DNA of 64,000 nucleotides from the NCBI GenBank assembly GCA_964433885.1, contig CAYSTC010000009.1:55294-119293 (forward strand), given 5' to 3'. The notes under the pieces are model-generated. The model had not been told where the DNA came from. It was given only the letters and a program-made list of their open reading frames with translations, and made no database searches. The position numbers and the translations under genes are program-made. Positions 48,591 to 59,161 of the stretch are shown piece by piece. Numbering within the stretch: position 1 is the stretch's first letter; each line of letters opens with the position of its first letter. This DNA comes from an uncultured Paludibacter sp. GTDB lineage: Bacteria; Bacteroidota; Bacteroidia; Bacteroidales; Paludibacteraceae.

Positions 48591-50129
48591 TCAGAAGTTT
48601 ACCTTGAACTCTACCCGTCTGTTTTTAGCCCGGCCTGAAGCGGTTGCGTTGTCGGCAACCGGAATAGTTTCGCCGTAGCCTTTTGCAGTAAGTCTGGCAG
48701 CACTTACTCCCTGGTTTACAAGATATGCTTTAACTGCATTTGCCCGGTTTTGAGATAGAGTTAAATTTGCTGCATCGTCTCCCTGACTATCGGTGTGTCC
48801 GTTAATTTCGAGTTCGTACGACGGATTGTCTTTCATTACGGTCACAACTTTATTTAAAATTGGAAACGAAGTCTTTTTGATAATGTCTTTACCGGATTCG
48901 AATTGAATTCCCTGTAATGCTTGTGCAAAGATTTTTTTTGTTTCAGCCTTTACTTCGGGACATCCTTTGTTGGCAGCTATGCCTGGCACTGTAGGACATT
49001 TGTCCAGATTATCAGGAACGCCATCGCCATCGGTATCGGGGCAGCCATTGTATTTTGCCAGACCGGCAATGGTAGGACATTTGTCTTCACTGTCAATCAC
49101 ACCATCACCATCGGTGTCCGGACAACCGTTGAATTTTTCCAAACCTGCCACCGTTGGGCATTTATCTTCGCTATCAATTATACCATCGCCATCGGTATCG
49201 GGACAGCCATTGTATTTTTCCAAACCTGCCACTGTAGGACACTTGTCGAGATAGTCAGGTACTCCATCTTTGTCACCATCAAGCGGACAACCATTTACAT
49301 CTGTTTTTACACCTGCAGGTGTATTCTGGCATTTATCCAGATAATCGGGTACTCCATCTTTGTCCGAATCAATAGGGCAACCATCAGCATCAACTATTAC
49401 GTCGTCAGGAGTATTGATACATTTATCGTATCTGTCAGCAACCCCATCGTGGTCAGAATCTTTAATTCCTCCAAAAGAGAACACAAACCCAATCAGATGT
49501 TGTCCGTAAGCATCGTTACCCGATTTAAGTGCCGGTTGTCCTGGTTGTCCGAATACGGTGTTTACAACTCCGCCACTTCTGTTTTGGTCATGTACATCGC
49601 TTGAAGTGAAGTTATATAAGTATTGGTACTGTATCGCAATTGACTTTGAGAATTGATATTTTAATCCCACACCTACAGGAACAACAAAATCGGCTTTGTC
49701 TATTATAATAGTAGTCCATGGCGCTGCGTTATTATTGACGCTATAACTGGCAAAACCCAAACCAAGCGATATGAAAGGAGATAGTTTTGAACTCTCGCTT
49801 ATGATATATCCATTATTCAGTTTATAATGTGCAAACACCGATGCATCTAACTTGTTTCCGGCGAATTGATTAATTGCATCTTTATGATAGCCATAATTAC
49901 CTAATGTGCCCTGAAGCCCTAAATCAAAGGATGAATTTAAATAATATCCTAATGATAATCCGCCAGCGTAGTAACTTTGATTGAAGTTCCAAATGGCGCT
50001 TCCGTATTCTCCATTATACTCATTCTTGACCAGATTTAGTCCTAAAGCAACTCTGTTATCTGCTGTTTGTGCCCCCAAAATTTGTGTACAAATCAGTGTG
50101 GCGATTAGTAGTGTCTGTTTGATTTTCAT
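48591..50129 (-). CDS. OmpA-family protein: beta-barrel, thrombospondin type-3 repeats, peptidoglycan-binding domain
   Basis: Repeated DxDGDGVxDxxDKCP units (81-bp period near 48990-49270); GHTDSQG, NLTLSQNRA.AV, GYGE, NRRVEF. Confidence 0.93.
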   Translation of the reverse strand: MKIKQTLLIATLICTQILGAQTADNRVALGLNLVKNEYNGEYGSAIWNFNQSYYAGGLSLGYYLNSSFDLGLQGTLGNYGYHKDAINQFAGNKLDASVFAHYKLNNGYIISESSKLSPFISLGLGFASYSVNNNAAPWTTIIIDKADFVVPVGVGLKYQFSKSIAIQYQYLYNFTSSDVHDQNRSGGVVNTVFGQPGQPALKSGNDAYGQHLIGFVFSFGGIKDSDHDGVADRYDKCINTPDDVIVDADGCPIDSDKDGVPDYLDKCQNTPAGVKTDVNGCPLDGDKDGVPDYLDKCPTVAGLEKYNGCPDTDGDGIIDSEDKCPTVAGLEKFNGCPDTDGDGVIDSEDKCPTIAGLAKYNGCPDTDGDGVPDNLDKCPTVPGIAANKGCPEVKAETKKIFAQALQGIQFESGKDIIKKTSFPILNKVVTVMKDNPSYELEINGHTDSQGDDAANLTLSQNRANAVKAYLVNQGVSAARLTAKGYGETIPVADNATASGRAKNRRVEFKVNF

Positions 50130-50449
50130 AAGTTTAAATTTTTGGTTCGTATATAAATAGTTTTTATAGCTTTATTTAAACAAATTAGTCTGAAAATATG
50201 TTTATAAAATGACTTGTTGTTTGTTGTCTTTTAACGATAATTTATAAATTTATAAGATGATGCTTCATTTTAGGGTTAATTGCTTTGATTTTGTTTTCCA
50301 GTTATTTAATGACCTGAAACTGAAATAAGTATTGTTTTTAAGCATAAATAAAACAAAACTGTTCAGAATCTGGTTATATAATTTTATTAAGGTTGATATA
50401 TTCTCACGTTCATTATAAGTATTAATAGTCAAGAAAAAAAATTAAATTT

Positions 50450-50860
50450 ATGAGTTTGCTTAAAGAATTTAAAGATTTTGCCATGCGTGGCAATGTAATT
50501 GATTTGGCTGTGGGTGTTATTATTGGTGGTGCTTTTGGAAAAATCATTGCATCATTGGTTGCTGACGTGATTATGCCTCCAATCGGTTTGCTGGTTGGTG
50601 GAGTAAACTTTACCGACCTGAAATGGGAAATGAAACCGGCCGAAATGATTGATGGAGTTCAAAAAGCTGCCGTAACTCTGAATTATGGCAATTTTTTGCA
50701 GGTGACTTTTGATTTTCTGATTGTGGCATTCTGTATATTCCTTTTCATTAAAGGAATTAATTCTATGTCAAAGAAAAAAGATGAAGCTCCGGCGGCACCT
50801 CCGGCTCCAACCAAAGAAGAACAATTGCTTACTGAAATCCGTGATTTGTTGAAAAAGTAA
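50450..50860 (+). CDS. mscL: Large-conductance mechanosensitive channel
   Basis: [40 protein letters not shown]. Confidence 0.97.
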   Translation: MSLLKEFKDFAMRGNVIDLAVGVIIGGAFGKIIASLVADVIMPPIGLLVGGVNFTDLKWEMKPAEMIDGVQKAAVTLNYGNFLQVTFDFLIVAFCIFLFIKGINSMSKKKDEAPAAPPAPTKEEQLLTEIRDLLKK

Positions 50861-50876
50861 GTTCTTAAAGACAAAG

Positions 50877-50920
50877 AATACCCCATTTGCAATAGAAATT
50901 TGTGCAAATGGGGTATTTTT
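50877..50920 (+). terminator. Intrinsic terminator after mscL
   Basis: AATACCCCATTTGCA..TGCAAATGGGGTATT followed by Ts. Confidence 0.85.
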
Positions 50921-50938
50921 GTAGGTACATTTCTATAC

Positions 50939-51008
50939 TTTCGTCGGGTAAAAAGGTTTTTTTCGTCGATTAAAGCTTGTTTCTGGCTTGCACACTCCCT
51001 TATCTTTG
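50939..51008 (+). promoter_or_regulatory. Promoter with TTTCGTCG direct repeats (candidate LytTR site) and -7 box
   Basis: TTTCGTCG at 50939 and 50961 (22-bp period); TATCTTTG at 51001. Confidence 0.55.
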
Positions 51009-51036
51009 CACCATAAAAATCAAAAAAAGAATTATT

Positions 51037-51831
51037 ATGGAAAATGAAGTAAAAAACTCGTTTCGCACGGGTTATACCAAGGGTCTTGGTTTCGGACTTA
51101 TTCTGATGCTGATTGGCATTGTTTTTCTCGGCTTTAACTTTGGATTGATTCCCGAACAATTAAGGTATGTAATTATCTCTTGGCCAATGTTACTGATAGT
51201 AATCGGAATTGGCAACTATTTGAAACGTCATGTATTTTCAGGTACTATTTTGGTGTTGATCGGTGGTTTCTTTTTGATTCCGCGGTTTATCGAAGCGTTT
51301 CCTGCCTGGTTTCCGGGATTTAATGGTGATTTTACCCACATTTACTGGCCTTTATTGCTGATTGCTGCAGGTGTTTTAATTATTACCGGTAAAATTTTCG
51401 GTCCAAAATGGGGCTTTAATGAATGGAATCATTCGCACGACCAACGCTATCGCCATCACCGCCGTCGCAAGTATGAGGATTATTCGCAGTGGAACACTAA
51501 CGGTTTTTCAAAAAACAGCGTATTTGGCAGTGGCGAACACATTGTGCTCGATCCGGAATTTAAGGGTGGCGAGTTGAACGCTGTTTTTGGCGGAATTACG
51601 CTTGATTTGCGCAGAACGAATTTGCCAGAGGGTGATACACGACTGGATGTAAATGCTGTTTTTGGAGGAATTACTATCTTTGTTCCAAGTGATTGGTATG
51701 TGGAAACTCATATGGATGCTGTATTTGGAGGTTTTCAGGACAACCGCTTACCCAAAGAGCCGCTTGACAAAACCAGAAAGCTTATTATCACGGGGTCATG
51801 TGTGTTTGGAGGTGGTGAATTGAGAAATTAA
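51037..51831 (+). CDS. LiaF-related membrane protein (DUF5668 + DUF2154)
   Basis: GLILMLIG, SWPMLLIVIG, YWPLLLI TM region; repeated (A/S/C)VFGG motifs, LDLR, VPSDW.V. Confidence 0.85.
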   Translation: MENEVKNSFRTGYTKGLGFGLILMLIGIVFLGFNFGLIPEQLRYVIISWPMLLIVIGIGNYLKRHVFSGTILVLIGGFFLIPRFIEAFPAWFPGFNGDFTHIYWPLLLIAAGVLIITGKIFGPKWGFNEWNHSHDQRYRHHRRRKYEDYSQWNTNGFSKNSVFGSGEHIVLDPEFKGGELNAVFGGITLDLRRTNLPEGDTRLDVNAVFGGITIFVPSDWYVETHMDAVFGGFQDNRLPKEPLDKTRKLIITGSCVFGGGELRN

Positions 51832-51872
51832 GACAGAAGCAAGAAGTAAATAAATTGATATTCATTGGAAAA

Positions 51873-52694
51873 ATGCTGCACCCATTTTTAGGAAATACCG
51901 CAAAAACCGTTCAATACATCCTTGTCTGGTTTGTGTATGCTTTGTTGCAGACTCTTGCTTTATATCCAATTGTAAAGTTGCCATTAGGAATTTTGATATT
52001 GGACGGTTTTGTTCATGCGGCATTATTGGGTTTGTTGGGTATTTTGCTCTGGAGTGTTGTTCAGTACGGAAATTATGCCGTGTTGAGTGTTCAGCAGCGC
52101 ATAATAAATTATCTTGCTCTGGCACTGCTCGCTATAGGTGTTTGGTTGGGTGCGGGTTACGGATTGTTCTATTGGATTTATGGTGTTGAATTCAGTGCTC
52201 AGTTGTATGAAATATTGCCTGCACGCGGATTTATAGGTCTGCTTGTTTATTTGCTCATAATGCAGCGATTTAGGTTGGCAGTTCAACAAACTGAAAAGGA
52301 GGTTGAAGCAGTTCCGACTGAAGTTCCACAGGAAGTTGTGTCTTCAAAAACTGTGGAAGTGGAATTTCTGGAGCGTATTGCGGTTAAATCAGGATCAAAA
52401 ATTCACGTGGTGCTGGTTCCGGAAATCATTTACCTACAGGCGGATGGTGATTATGTTCAGATATTTACAGGTAACGGAAAGTATCTGAAAGAACAGACTA
52501 TGAAGTATTTTGAAGAACATTTGCCTGATAGTCAATTTGTAAGAGTGCATCGGTCAGTGATTGTAAATGTAGAGATGATTTCCCGCATTGAACTTTACGA
52601 AAAACAAAATCAATTACTTACGCTTAAAACCGGACAACAAATAAAAACCAGTCCGGCCGGATATAAAGCTTTGCGTGCTGCGCTTAATCTCTGA
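51873..52694 (+). CDS. Membrane-anchored LytTR DNA-binding protein (no receiver domain)
   Basis: About four N-terminal TM helices; EIIYLQADGDYV, FVRVHRSVIVN LytTR motifs. Confidence 0.85.
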   Translation: MLHPFLGNTAKTVQYILVWFVYALLQTLALYPIVKLPLGILILDGFVHAALLGLLGILLWSVVQYGNYAVLSVQQRIINYLALALLAIGVWLGAGYGLFYWIYGVEFSAQLYEILPARGFIGLLVYLLIMQRFRLAVQQTEKEVEAVPTEVPQEVVSSKTVEVEFLERIAVKSGSKIHVVLVPEIIYLQADGDYVQIFTGNGKYLKEQTMKYFEEHLPDSQFVRVHRSVIVNVEMISRIELYEKQNQLLTLKTGQQIKTSPAGYKALRAALNL

Positions 52695-52759
52695 ACATAA
52701 TTGAGGTCTGTTGTGTTAGGGAAAGTAGAAACCAATTTTTAATTTCAAAAAACAGTTGT

Positions 52760-53293
52760 ATGAGAAGCAATCTTTTAATAGCTCTGTTTATGGTCTTTGT
52801 TTTGACGAGCTGTGATCAGTTAAGCAAGCTCACTCAGTTCGAAATGCCATTCACAACATCAGTTACTATTCCTAAATCAACACCGATAAACCTGCCGTTC
52901 AATTTGCCAACGCCCGAGATTGAAACAAATTCGGCTACTTTCTTTTCATCCAAAAATGTCAATGTGGATTTGATCGACAAGATTACGCTGAAGAAGCTTG
53001 AGCTTTCCGTGACTTCGCCAACCAACGGGAATTTCAATTTTCTGAAAACTATTGAAATTTACATATCAGCAGAAGGATTGAATGATTTGAAAGTTGCGTC
53101 TTTAGAAAATATCCCGAACAATTCAGCTATGCCATTACAGCTTACGGTTGATACCATGAATTTAAAGCCTTATATTTTGAAAGATAAATTTGGACTTAAG
53201 GTAAAAGCAACCACTGATGAATTAATTACAACAGATTATAATGTCGATGTAAAAACAACTTTCTTTGTAGATGCGAAAATTGCGGGTTTATAA
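52760..53293 (+). CDS. Hypothetical lipoprotein
   Basis: Lipobox VLTSC; beta-rich body with FNFLKTIEIYIS. Confidence 0.7.
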   Translation: MRSNLLIALFMVFVLTSCDQLSKLTQFEMPFTTSVTIPKSTPINLPFNLPTPEIETNSATFFSSKNVNVDLIDKITLKKLELSVTSPTNGNFNFLKTIEIYISAEGLNDLKVASLENIPNNSAMPLQLTVDTMNLKPYILKDKFGLKVKATTDELITTDYNVDVKTTFFVDAKIAGL

Positions 53294-53312
53294 AAACTAC
53301 CCCTTCGAAAAC

Positions 53313-53350
53313 AAATCAGGCTTTTAAACATATGCTTAAAAGCCTGATTT
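53313..53350. terminator. Terminator hairpin between convergent genes
   Basis: AAATCAGGCTTTTAA..TTAAAAGCCTGATTT. Confidence 0.75.
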
Positions 53351-53354
53351 ATTT

Positions 53355-56171
53355 TTAATTAAATTTCTCTTTCAGGAATTTCCCTGTATAGGAATCATCG
53401 CAGAAGATAATTTTTTCGGGAGTTCCTTCAAAAACAAGGTTTCCACCATTGTCACCACCCTCGGGACCAATGTCGATAATGTGGTCGGCACATTTGATCA
53501 CTTCAATATTATGTTCGATAATAATCACGGTGTGACCTTTCGTAATCAAAGCATCGAATGCTTTTAAAAGTGTTTTGATGTCATGAAAATGAAGTCCGGT
53601 TGTCGGTTCGTCGAATACGAAAATGGTTGGTTCCGATTTTTCGTTGGCCAAAAACGATGCCAGTTTCACGCGCTGGCTTTCTCCGCCCGATAGCGTACTG
53701 CTGGATTGACCGAGTTTCACGTAACCCACACCCACATCCTGCAATGGTTTCAGGCGTTTTACAATCTTCTTTTCAGTATTTCCCGTTTGCGCCGAGAAGA
53801 ATTCGATAGCCTGGTTGACTGTCATTTCAAGTACATCGTAGACGTTTACACCTTTGTACTGCACATCCAGGATGTCTTGTTTGAATCGTTTTCCATGACA
53901 ATGTTCGCATTCGAGTACCAGGTCGGCCATAAATTGCATTTCTACGGTTACGGTTCCTTCGCCCTGACATTCTTCGCAACGCCCGCCTTCGGTGTTGAAC
54001 GAAAAGTGCGATGCAGAATAATTCATTTGTTTTGAAAGTTGCTGGTCGGCAAACAATTTGCGGATTTCATCGTAAGCTTTTATATAGGTAACCGGATTGG
54101 AACGCGAGGAACGTCCAATCGGGTTTTGGTCTACAAACTCGATATCTTTGGCTAAATGCATACTGCCTTTCAGCGTTCCAAACTGTCCGGTGCGGTCGGC
54201 TACTCCACCATAATGTTTTTTTAGGGCTGCGAAAAATACATTCCGAACCAATGATGATTTTCCTGAACCGCTGACGCCGGTTACAACTGTCATTATGTTT
54301 AATGGAAATTTCACATCAATGCCTTTCAGGTTATTTTCCCGGGCGCCAATCACTTCGATATAATTATTCCATTTTCGGCGGTGGGCAGGCATTCCAATAT
54401 TTTCTTTCCCGAGCAGGTATTTTAGTGTATAAGAATTCTCAATTTGCTCTGCAATAGCGTCGTTTTTAGTTGGGTCAGTCAAGTCGGGAGTTCCCTGAAA
54501 TACCACATTTCCACCCAGTCGGCCTGCATTGGGGCCAATGTCAATAATGTAGTCCGCAGCGCGCATAATTTCCTCGTCGTGTTCCACCACAACTACTGTA
54601 TTTCCAAGGTCGCGCAGTTGTTTCAATACTTTTATCAGTAAATGAGTATCGCGGGAATGGAGTCCTATACTTGGTTCATCCAGAATATATAACGATCCCA
54701 CCAGGCTGCTTCCAAGCGAAGTGGCCAGGTTAATACGTTGGCTTTCGCCGCCCGAAAGGGAATTTGACAGACGATTTAGCGTCAGATAGCCCAGTCCAAC
54801 GTCAAGTAAAAAATGAATCCGGTTGTTTATTTCGATTAAAAGGCGTTTCGCAATAGCTGCATCCTGTTCATCGAGCTGGATATTTTCAAAAAACTCATTC
54901 AAATTTTTGACTGACATAAGTACCAGCTCCGAAATGGATTTTCCGGCCACACGAATATAAGAAGCTTCTTTTTTCAGTCGGCTGCCATTACATTCCGGGC
55001 AGGTGGTTTTGCCTCTGTAGCGGGCCAGCATAACACGATATTGAATTTTGTACTGGTTGGATTCCAAATGTTTGAAGAAAGCGTTCAGCCCATCAAAGTA
55101 TTGATTACCGGTCCAAATCAGTTGCCGTTGTTCATCAGTCAGTTCATAATAAGGTTTATGAATGGGAAAGTTGAATTTCGTTGCGGTGCGGACCAGTTGG
55201 TTTTTCCACTCGCTCATAACTTCACCTTTCCAGCACACTACGGCATCCTCATAAATCGAAAGCGTTTTATTGGGTACAACGAGATCTTCGTCAATTCCGA
55301 TAACCCGGCCAAACCCTTCGCATACCGGGCAAGCTCCAATGGGACTGTTGAAACTGAAAGTATGGACGGTCGGTGTCTCGAACTGCATGCCATCTGCCTC
55401 AAATTTTTTAGAGAAATAAAGCAGTTGTGGTCCCGATTCGGTAATCATTTTTAGCACGCAAACTCCGTTTCCTTCAAAAAATGCGGTCTCAACAGAGTCT
55501 GTCAACCGGCTGATGGCTGTTTGTGTATGGTCTACCGCCAATCTGTCAATCAGCAAATACACTTCTTTGCTGATTAATTTCTCCGGCTGCTTTAATAGTT
55601 CGGCAATCTGAAATGTTTCTCCATCCACTTCTGTCCGGCTGAATCCTTGAAGTTGCAGGCTTGCAAGTTGCTCTGCGATGCTTTTTTCTGCAGTGGGGGT
55701 AACGGGAGTGAGCACCATGAATTTGGTTCCATCTACAAATTCCATAGCTGCGTCAACCACATCTTGTGCTTCGTGTTTTTTTACCAGTTCGCCGGAAATG
55801 GGCGAATAGGTTTTCCCGATCCGGGCGTAAAGCAACTTAATGTACTCGTAAATTTCGGTTGAAGTGCCCACAGTGGAGCGAGGATTTCTGGTGTTTACTT
55901 TTTGCTCGATAGCAATAGCCGGGGGAATTCCCTTGATAAAATCAACCTCTGGCTTACTCATTCGTCCTAAAAACTGACGCGCGTAAGCCGATAAGCTTTC
56001 CACATACCTGCGTTGGCCTTCGGCATAGAGCGTGTCAAATGCTAATGATGATTTCCCGGATCCGGAGAGCCCGGTAATCACCACGAGTTTATTCCGCGGA
56101 ATTTCCACATCGATATTTTTGAGGTTGTGTACTCTCGCGCCTTTTATAATTATATTTCCTTGCTTGGACAT
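53355..56171 (-). CDS. uvrA: Excinuclease ABC subunit A
   Basis: Two ABC ATPase domains ([18 protein letters not shown], two LSGGE), zinc fingers CPVC/CPEC/CEEC/CEHC. Confidence 0.96.
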   Translation of the reverse strand: MSKQGNIIIKGARVHNLKNIDVEIPRNKLVVITGLSGSGKSSLAFDTLYAEGQRRYVESLSAYARQFLGRMSKPEVDFIKGIPPAIAIEQKVNTRNPRSTVGTSTEIYEYIKLLYARIGKTYSPISGELVKKHEAQDVVDAAMEFVDGTKFMVLTPVTPTAEKSIAEQLASLQLQGFSRTEVDGETFQIAELLKQPEKLISKEVYLLIDRLAVDHTQTAISRLTDSVETAFFEGNGVCVLKMITESGPQLLYFSKKFEADGMQFETPTVHTFSFNSPIGACPVCEGFGRVIGIDEDLVVPNKTLSIYEDAVVCWKGEVMSEWKNQLVRTATKFNFPIHKPYYELTDEQRQLIWTGNQYFDGLNAFFKHLESNQYKIQYRVMLARYRGKTTCPECNGSRLKKEASYIRVAGKSISELVLMSVKNLNEFFENIQLDEQDAAIAKRLLIEINNRIHFLLDVGLGYLTLNRLSNSLSGGESQRINLATSLGSSLVGSLYILDEPSIGLHSRDTHLLIKVLKQLRDLGNTVVVVEHDEEIMRAADYIIDIGPNAGRLGGNVVFQGTPDLTDPTKNDAIAEQIENSYTLKYLLGKENIGMPAHRRKWNNYIEVIGARENNLKGIDVKFPLNIMTVVTGVSGSGKSSLVRNVFFAALKKHYGGVADRTGQFGTLKGSMHLAKDIEFVDQNPIGRSSRSNPVTYIKAYDEIRKLFADQQLSKQMNYSASHFSFNTEGGRCEECQGEGTVTVEMQFMADLVLECEHCHGKRFKQDILDVQYKGVNVYDVLEMTVNQAIEFFSAQTGNTEKKIVKRLKPLQDVGVGYVKLGQSSSTLSGGESQRVKLASFLANEKSEPTIFVFDEPTTGLHFHDIKTLLKAFDALITKGHTVIIIEHNIEVIKCADHIIDIGPEGGDNGGNLVFEGTPEKIIFCDDSYTGKFLKEKFN

Positions 56172-56281
56172 GAGTTTAAATAAATCGAAGTAATTCTTAA
56201 TTTGAAATAATACAATTCTTTTTGCAGATCAACTGTTTAAAAACTATCAAAAAGTTGGACCTGCAAAGATACTACTTAGAT

Positions 56282-56533
56282 AATGAATAATTATTTAATA
56301 AGACAATTAATTGTTTTACATGAACTATTTTAGCCCGGAAATAGTTCATATAAATTAAAAGGGTATATAATATGCATACTGTTTGTATTTATTTCTTTTA
56401 AATATGCATTTTGCAGTTAAATCATGGATTAAAATTTATTGTTTTAGAATAATTATGAAATATAATCTACTGGTAGTATTGTTGTATGCAAAATTTGTAG
56501 TACTTTTGCGCCAAATCTAAATAATTATGCATT
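56282..56533 (+). promoter_or_regulatory. ARG boxes and -7 box upstream of argR
   Basis: AATGAATAATTATTTAAT (56282), TTAGAATAATTATGAAAT (56444), TCTAAATAATTATGCATT (56516) resemble WNTGNATAWWWATNCANW; TACTTTTG at 56501. Confidence 0.6.
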
Positions 56534-56534
56534 T

Positions 56535-57005
56535 ATGAAGAATAAGCGAAACCGTTTACAAATTATCTCGGAAATTCTCCGATCGACTGTCGTTGGTAGT
56601 CAGGAAGAATTGCTCAACATGCTCAGTGAGCGACAGTGCGAAGTGACACAAGCCACATTGTCGCGCGATTTGAAATTATTGAAAGTTGCCAAAACTCCTT
56701 TATCGAATGGGGCCTACAAGTATATTTTACCATCATACAATAAACCGCTTCCAAATTCGGGTGCTTTTAATACTCTTATTGCTCATGGTGCTGTTTTGAG
56801 CCTCGAATTTTCAGGACAATTGGCCGTAGTTAAGACCAAGCCGGGGTATGCAAGTGCTATTGCATGGGACATTGACAACAAAGCTACTGAACATGTATTA
56901 GGCACTATTGCCGGTGATGATACTATTCTGGTAATTCCTCGTGAAGGCGTTACACGTGAGGATATTCTCGAGATGATGAATATCACCTTTTCGGAGAAGG
57001 AATAA
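56535..57005 (+). CDS. argR: Arginine repressor
   Basis: SQEEL, TQATLSRDL, VVKTKPGYA, GTIAGDDT. Confidence 0.95.
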   Translation: MKNKRNRLQIISEILRSTVVGSQEELLNMLSERQCEVTQATLSRDLKLLKVAKTPLSNGAYKYILPSYNKPLPNSGAFNTLIAHGAVLSLEFSGQLAVVKTKPGYASAIAWDIDNKATEHVLGTIAGDDTILVIPREGVTREDILEMMNITFSEKE

Positions 57006-57151
57006 TAGGGAAATTATTTGCCATAACGCACTTAAATAATTACTTTTGTAGCCTTTTAAAAATTTCAAATATTGAAAGAATACAAATGAACGTTGTGTGT
57101 TGTGCTAAAGAGTTTCTTACAAAAGTAAAAAGAACTCATTCAAAATTGAAT

Positions 57152-57715
57152 ATGGACGAAGAGAAGGCCGTTGTTGAGATAACGGTACAGATTGCTGATG
57201 AGCGTTTTTTAAATTATGTCGATACGATTTTGACCACAATAGCTGACGCGGCCAGAGTTCGTGGAACAGGTATTGCCAGGCGCTCGCCCGAGTATATCGA
57301 GCAAAAAATGAAAGAAGGAAAGGCCATTATAGCTTTAGCAGGGGAAGAATTTGCCGGATTTTGCTACATCGAAACTTGGGGCAATAAGAAATTTGTTGCC
57401 AATTCCGGTTTGATCGTAGTTGATAAATATCGTGGAAATGGTTTGGCTAAACGCATTAAGCGTAAAGCATTCGAGCTTTCTCGCCAACGCTATCCTGATG
57501 CAAAAATATTTGGATTGACTACCGGATTGGCAGTTATGAAAATTAATTCAGAATTAGGTTACAAACCCGTGACGTTCTCAGAACTGACTGACGATGAAGC
57601 CTTCTGGAAAGGATGCCAAAGTTGTGTAAACTACGATATTTTGCAGCGTACCAACCGCAAACACTGTTTGTGTACGGGTATGTTGTTTGATCCGGCCAAA
57701 GACATTGAAAAATAA
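57152..57715 (+). CDS. GNAT acetyltransferase, probable short N-acetylglutamate synthase (alternative start 57086)
   Basis: RGTGIARR, FVANSGLIV..YRGNGLA, FWKGCQSC...CLCTGM; lies between argR and argG. Confidence 0.78.
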   Translation: MDEEKAVVEITVQIADERFLNYVDTILTTIADAARVRGTGIARRSPEYIEQKMKEGKAIIALAGEEFAGFCYIETWGNKKFVANSGLIVVDKYRGNGLAKRIKRKAFELSRQRYPDAKIFGLTTGLAVMKINSELGYKPVTFSELTDDEAFWKGCQSCVNYDILQRTNRKHCLCTGMLFDPAKDIEK

Positions 57716-57809
57716 ACAGGTAATTAGTTAATTAGTCGATTGATTGATTAGTGGGGTTCTTTTTTTGTAAGAATTTGTGATTTAGACAATTGACTTTAGA
57801 CAAAAGAAT

Positions 57810-59009
57810 ATGAAAGAAAAAGTATTATTAGCGTTCAGCGGTGGTTTGGATACCTCGTTTTGTGCCATGTATCTGGCTCAGGAAAAAGGGTATGAAGTGC
57901 ATACGGCAGTTGCAAACACGGGGGGATTTAGCGCAGAAGAATTGAAAGTGATTGAAGATAAGGCTTTTCGCTTAGGAGCTAAGACTCACGCTACGTTAGA
58001 TGTTACACAGGAATATTACGAGAAAAGTATTAAATACATGGTTTTTGGCAACGTGTTGCGTAACGGAACTTATCCTATTTCGGTTAGTTCGGAGCGCATT
58101 TTTCAGGCCATAGCCATTATTAATTACGCTAAAGAAATTGGAGCCGATTATGTGGCTCACGGCAGTACAGGAGCCGGAAACGATCAGGTACGTTTCGACC
58201 TTACTTTTGACGTATTGGCACCAAATATTAAAATTCTCACTCCAACCCGCGATATGGTGTTGACCCGTGAGTATGAGATCAACTATTTGAAAGAACATGG
58301 TTTTGAAGCTGATTTCAAAAAAATGGAATATTCAATCAATAAAGGACTTTGGGGTACAAGTATTGGTGGAAAGGAAACATTAAAATCAGACCAGACACTT
58401 CCGGAAGAAGCATATCCAAGCCAGATTGAAAAACAAGGCGAAGAAATGGTGACAATCGGCTTTGAGAATGGGGAAATTACAGCCATAAATGGTGAGAAGA
58501 ATGACAACAAAGTTATTTTAATCAATAAATTAGAAGAAATAGCCAGCAAGTACGGTATTGGTCGCGATATGCACATTGGCGATACAATTATTGGTATTAA
58601 AGGGCGTGTAGGTTTTGAGGCTGCTGCTCCATTGTTAATAATCAATGCTCATAAAATGCTTGAAAAGCACACGCTTACCAAATGGCAACAATATTGGAAG
58701 GATCAGTTGGGCAATTGGTACGGAATGTTCCTGCATGAAGCACAATATCTGGAACCGGTAATGCGTGATATTGAGCAATTCCTTGAAAGTTCACAACAGA
58801 ACGTCACAGGTACCGTGATTGTCAAACTTCGTCCGTATAGTTACACGTTGGTAGGAGTTGACAGTACTTTTGATTTGATGAAAACAGATTTTGGCGAATA
58901 TGGTGAAGTAAACCGTGCGTGGAGCGCTGATGATGTGAAAGGATTCACAAAAATCCTCGGAAATCAAATGAAAATTTATTACAACGTTCAGAAAAGGAAC
59001 GATAAATAA
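57810..59009 (+). CDS. argG: Argininosuccinate synthase
   Basis: LAFSGGLDTS, HGSTGAGNDQVRF, GIKGRVGFEA. Confidence 0.96.
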   Translation: MKEKVLLAFSGGLDTSFCAMYLAQEKGYEVHTAVANTGGFSAEELKVIEDKAFRLGAKTHATLDVTQEYYEKSIKYMVFGNVLRNGTYPISVSSERIFQAIAIINYAKEIGADYVAHGSTGAGNDQVRFDLTFDVLAPNIKILTPTRDMVLTREYEINYLKEHGFEADFKKMEYSINKGLWGTSIGGKETLKSDQTLPEEAYPSQIEKQGEEMVTIGFENGEITAINGEKNDNKVILINKLEEIASKYGIGRDMHIGDTIIGIKGRVGFEAAAPLLIINAHKMLEKHTLTKWQQYWKDQLGNWYGMFLHEAQYLEPVMRDIEQFLESSQQNVTGTVIVKLRPYSYTLVGVDSTFDLMKTDFGEYGEVNRAWSADDVKGFTKILGNQMKIYYNVQKRNDK

Positions 59010-59040
59010 GTCTGAAATAATAAAACTAAATAATATCGGT

Positions 59041-59073
59041 AAAAGCCTCTGCAAATTTTGTAGAGGCTTTTTT
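59041..59073 (+). terminator. Intrinsic terminator after argG
   Basis: AAAAGCCTCTGCAA..TTGTAGAGGCTTTT. Confidence 0.85.
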
Positions 59074-59161
59074 AATTATTTGAATATCAATTAATTTTGA
59101 TATTTAGAATTAAAATCGTAATTTTGCGGCCTGAAAAATAAACTTATAAAAAACTTACTTC

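Noticed and set aside
48990..49450. 81-bp periodic repeats
   Set aside because: Explained by thrombospondin type-3 Ca-binding repeats of the OmpA protein.
26789..51036. Long N-terminal extensions in the ORF track (gldJ 26789, ispB 40478, polA 40666, Rrf2 43650, fba 48417, liaF 50977)
   Set aside because: They begin at TTG/alternative codons, and most run through the -7 promoter boxes. Downstream ATGs match the family N-termini.
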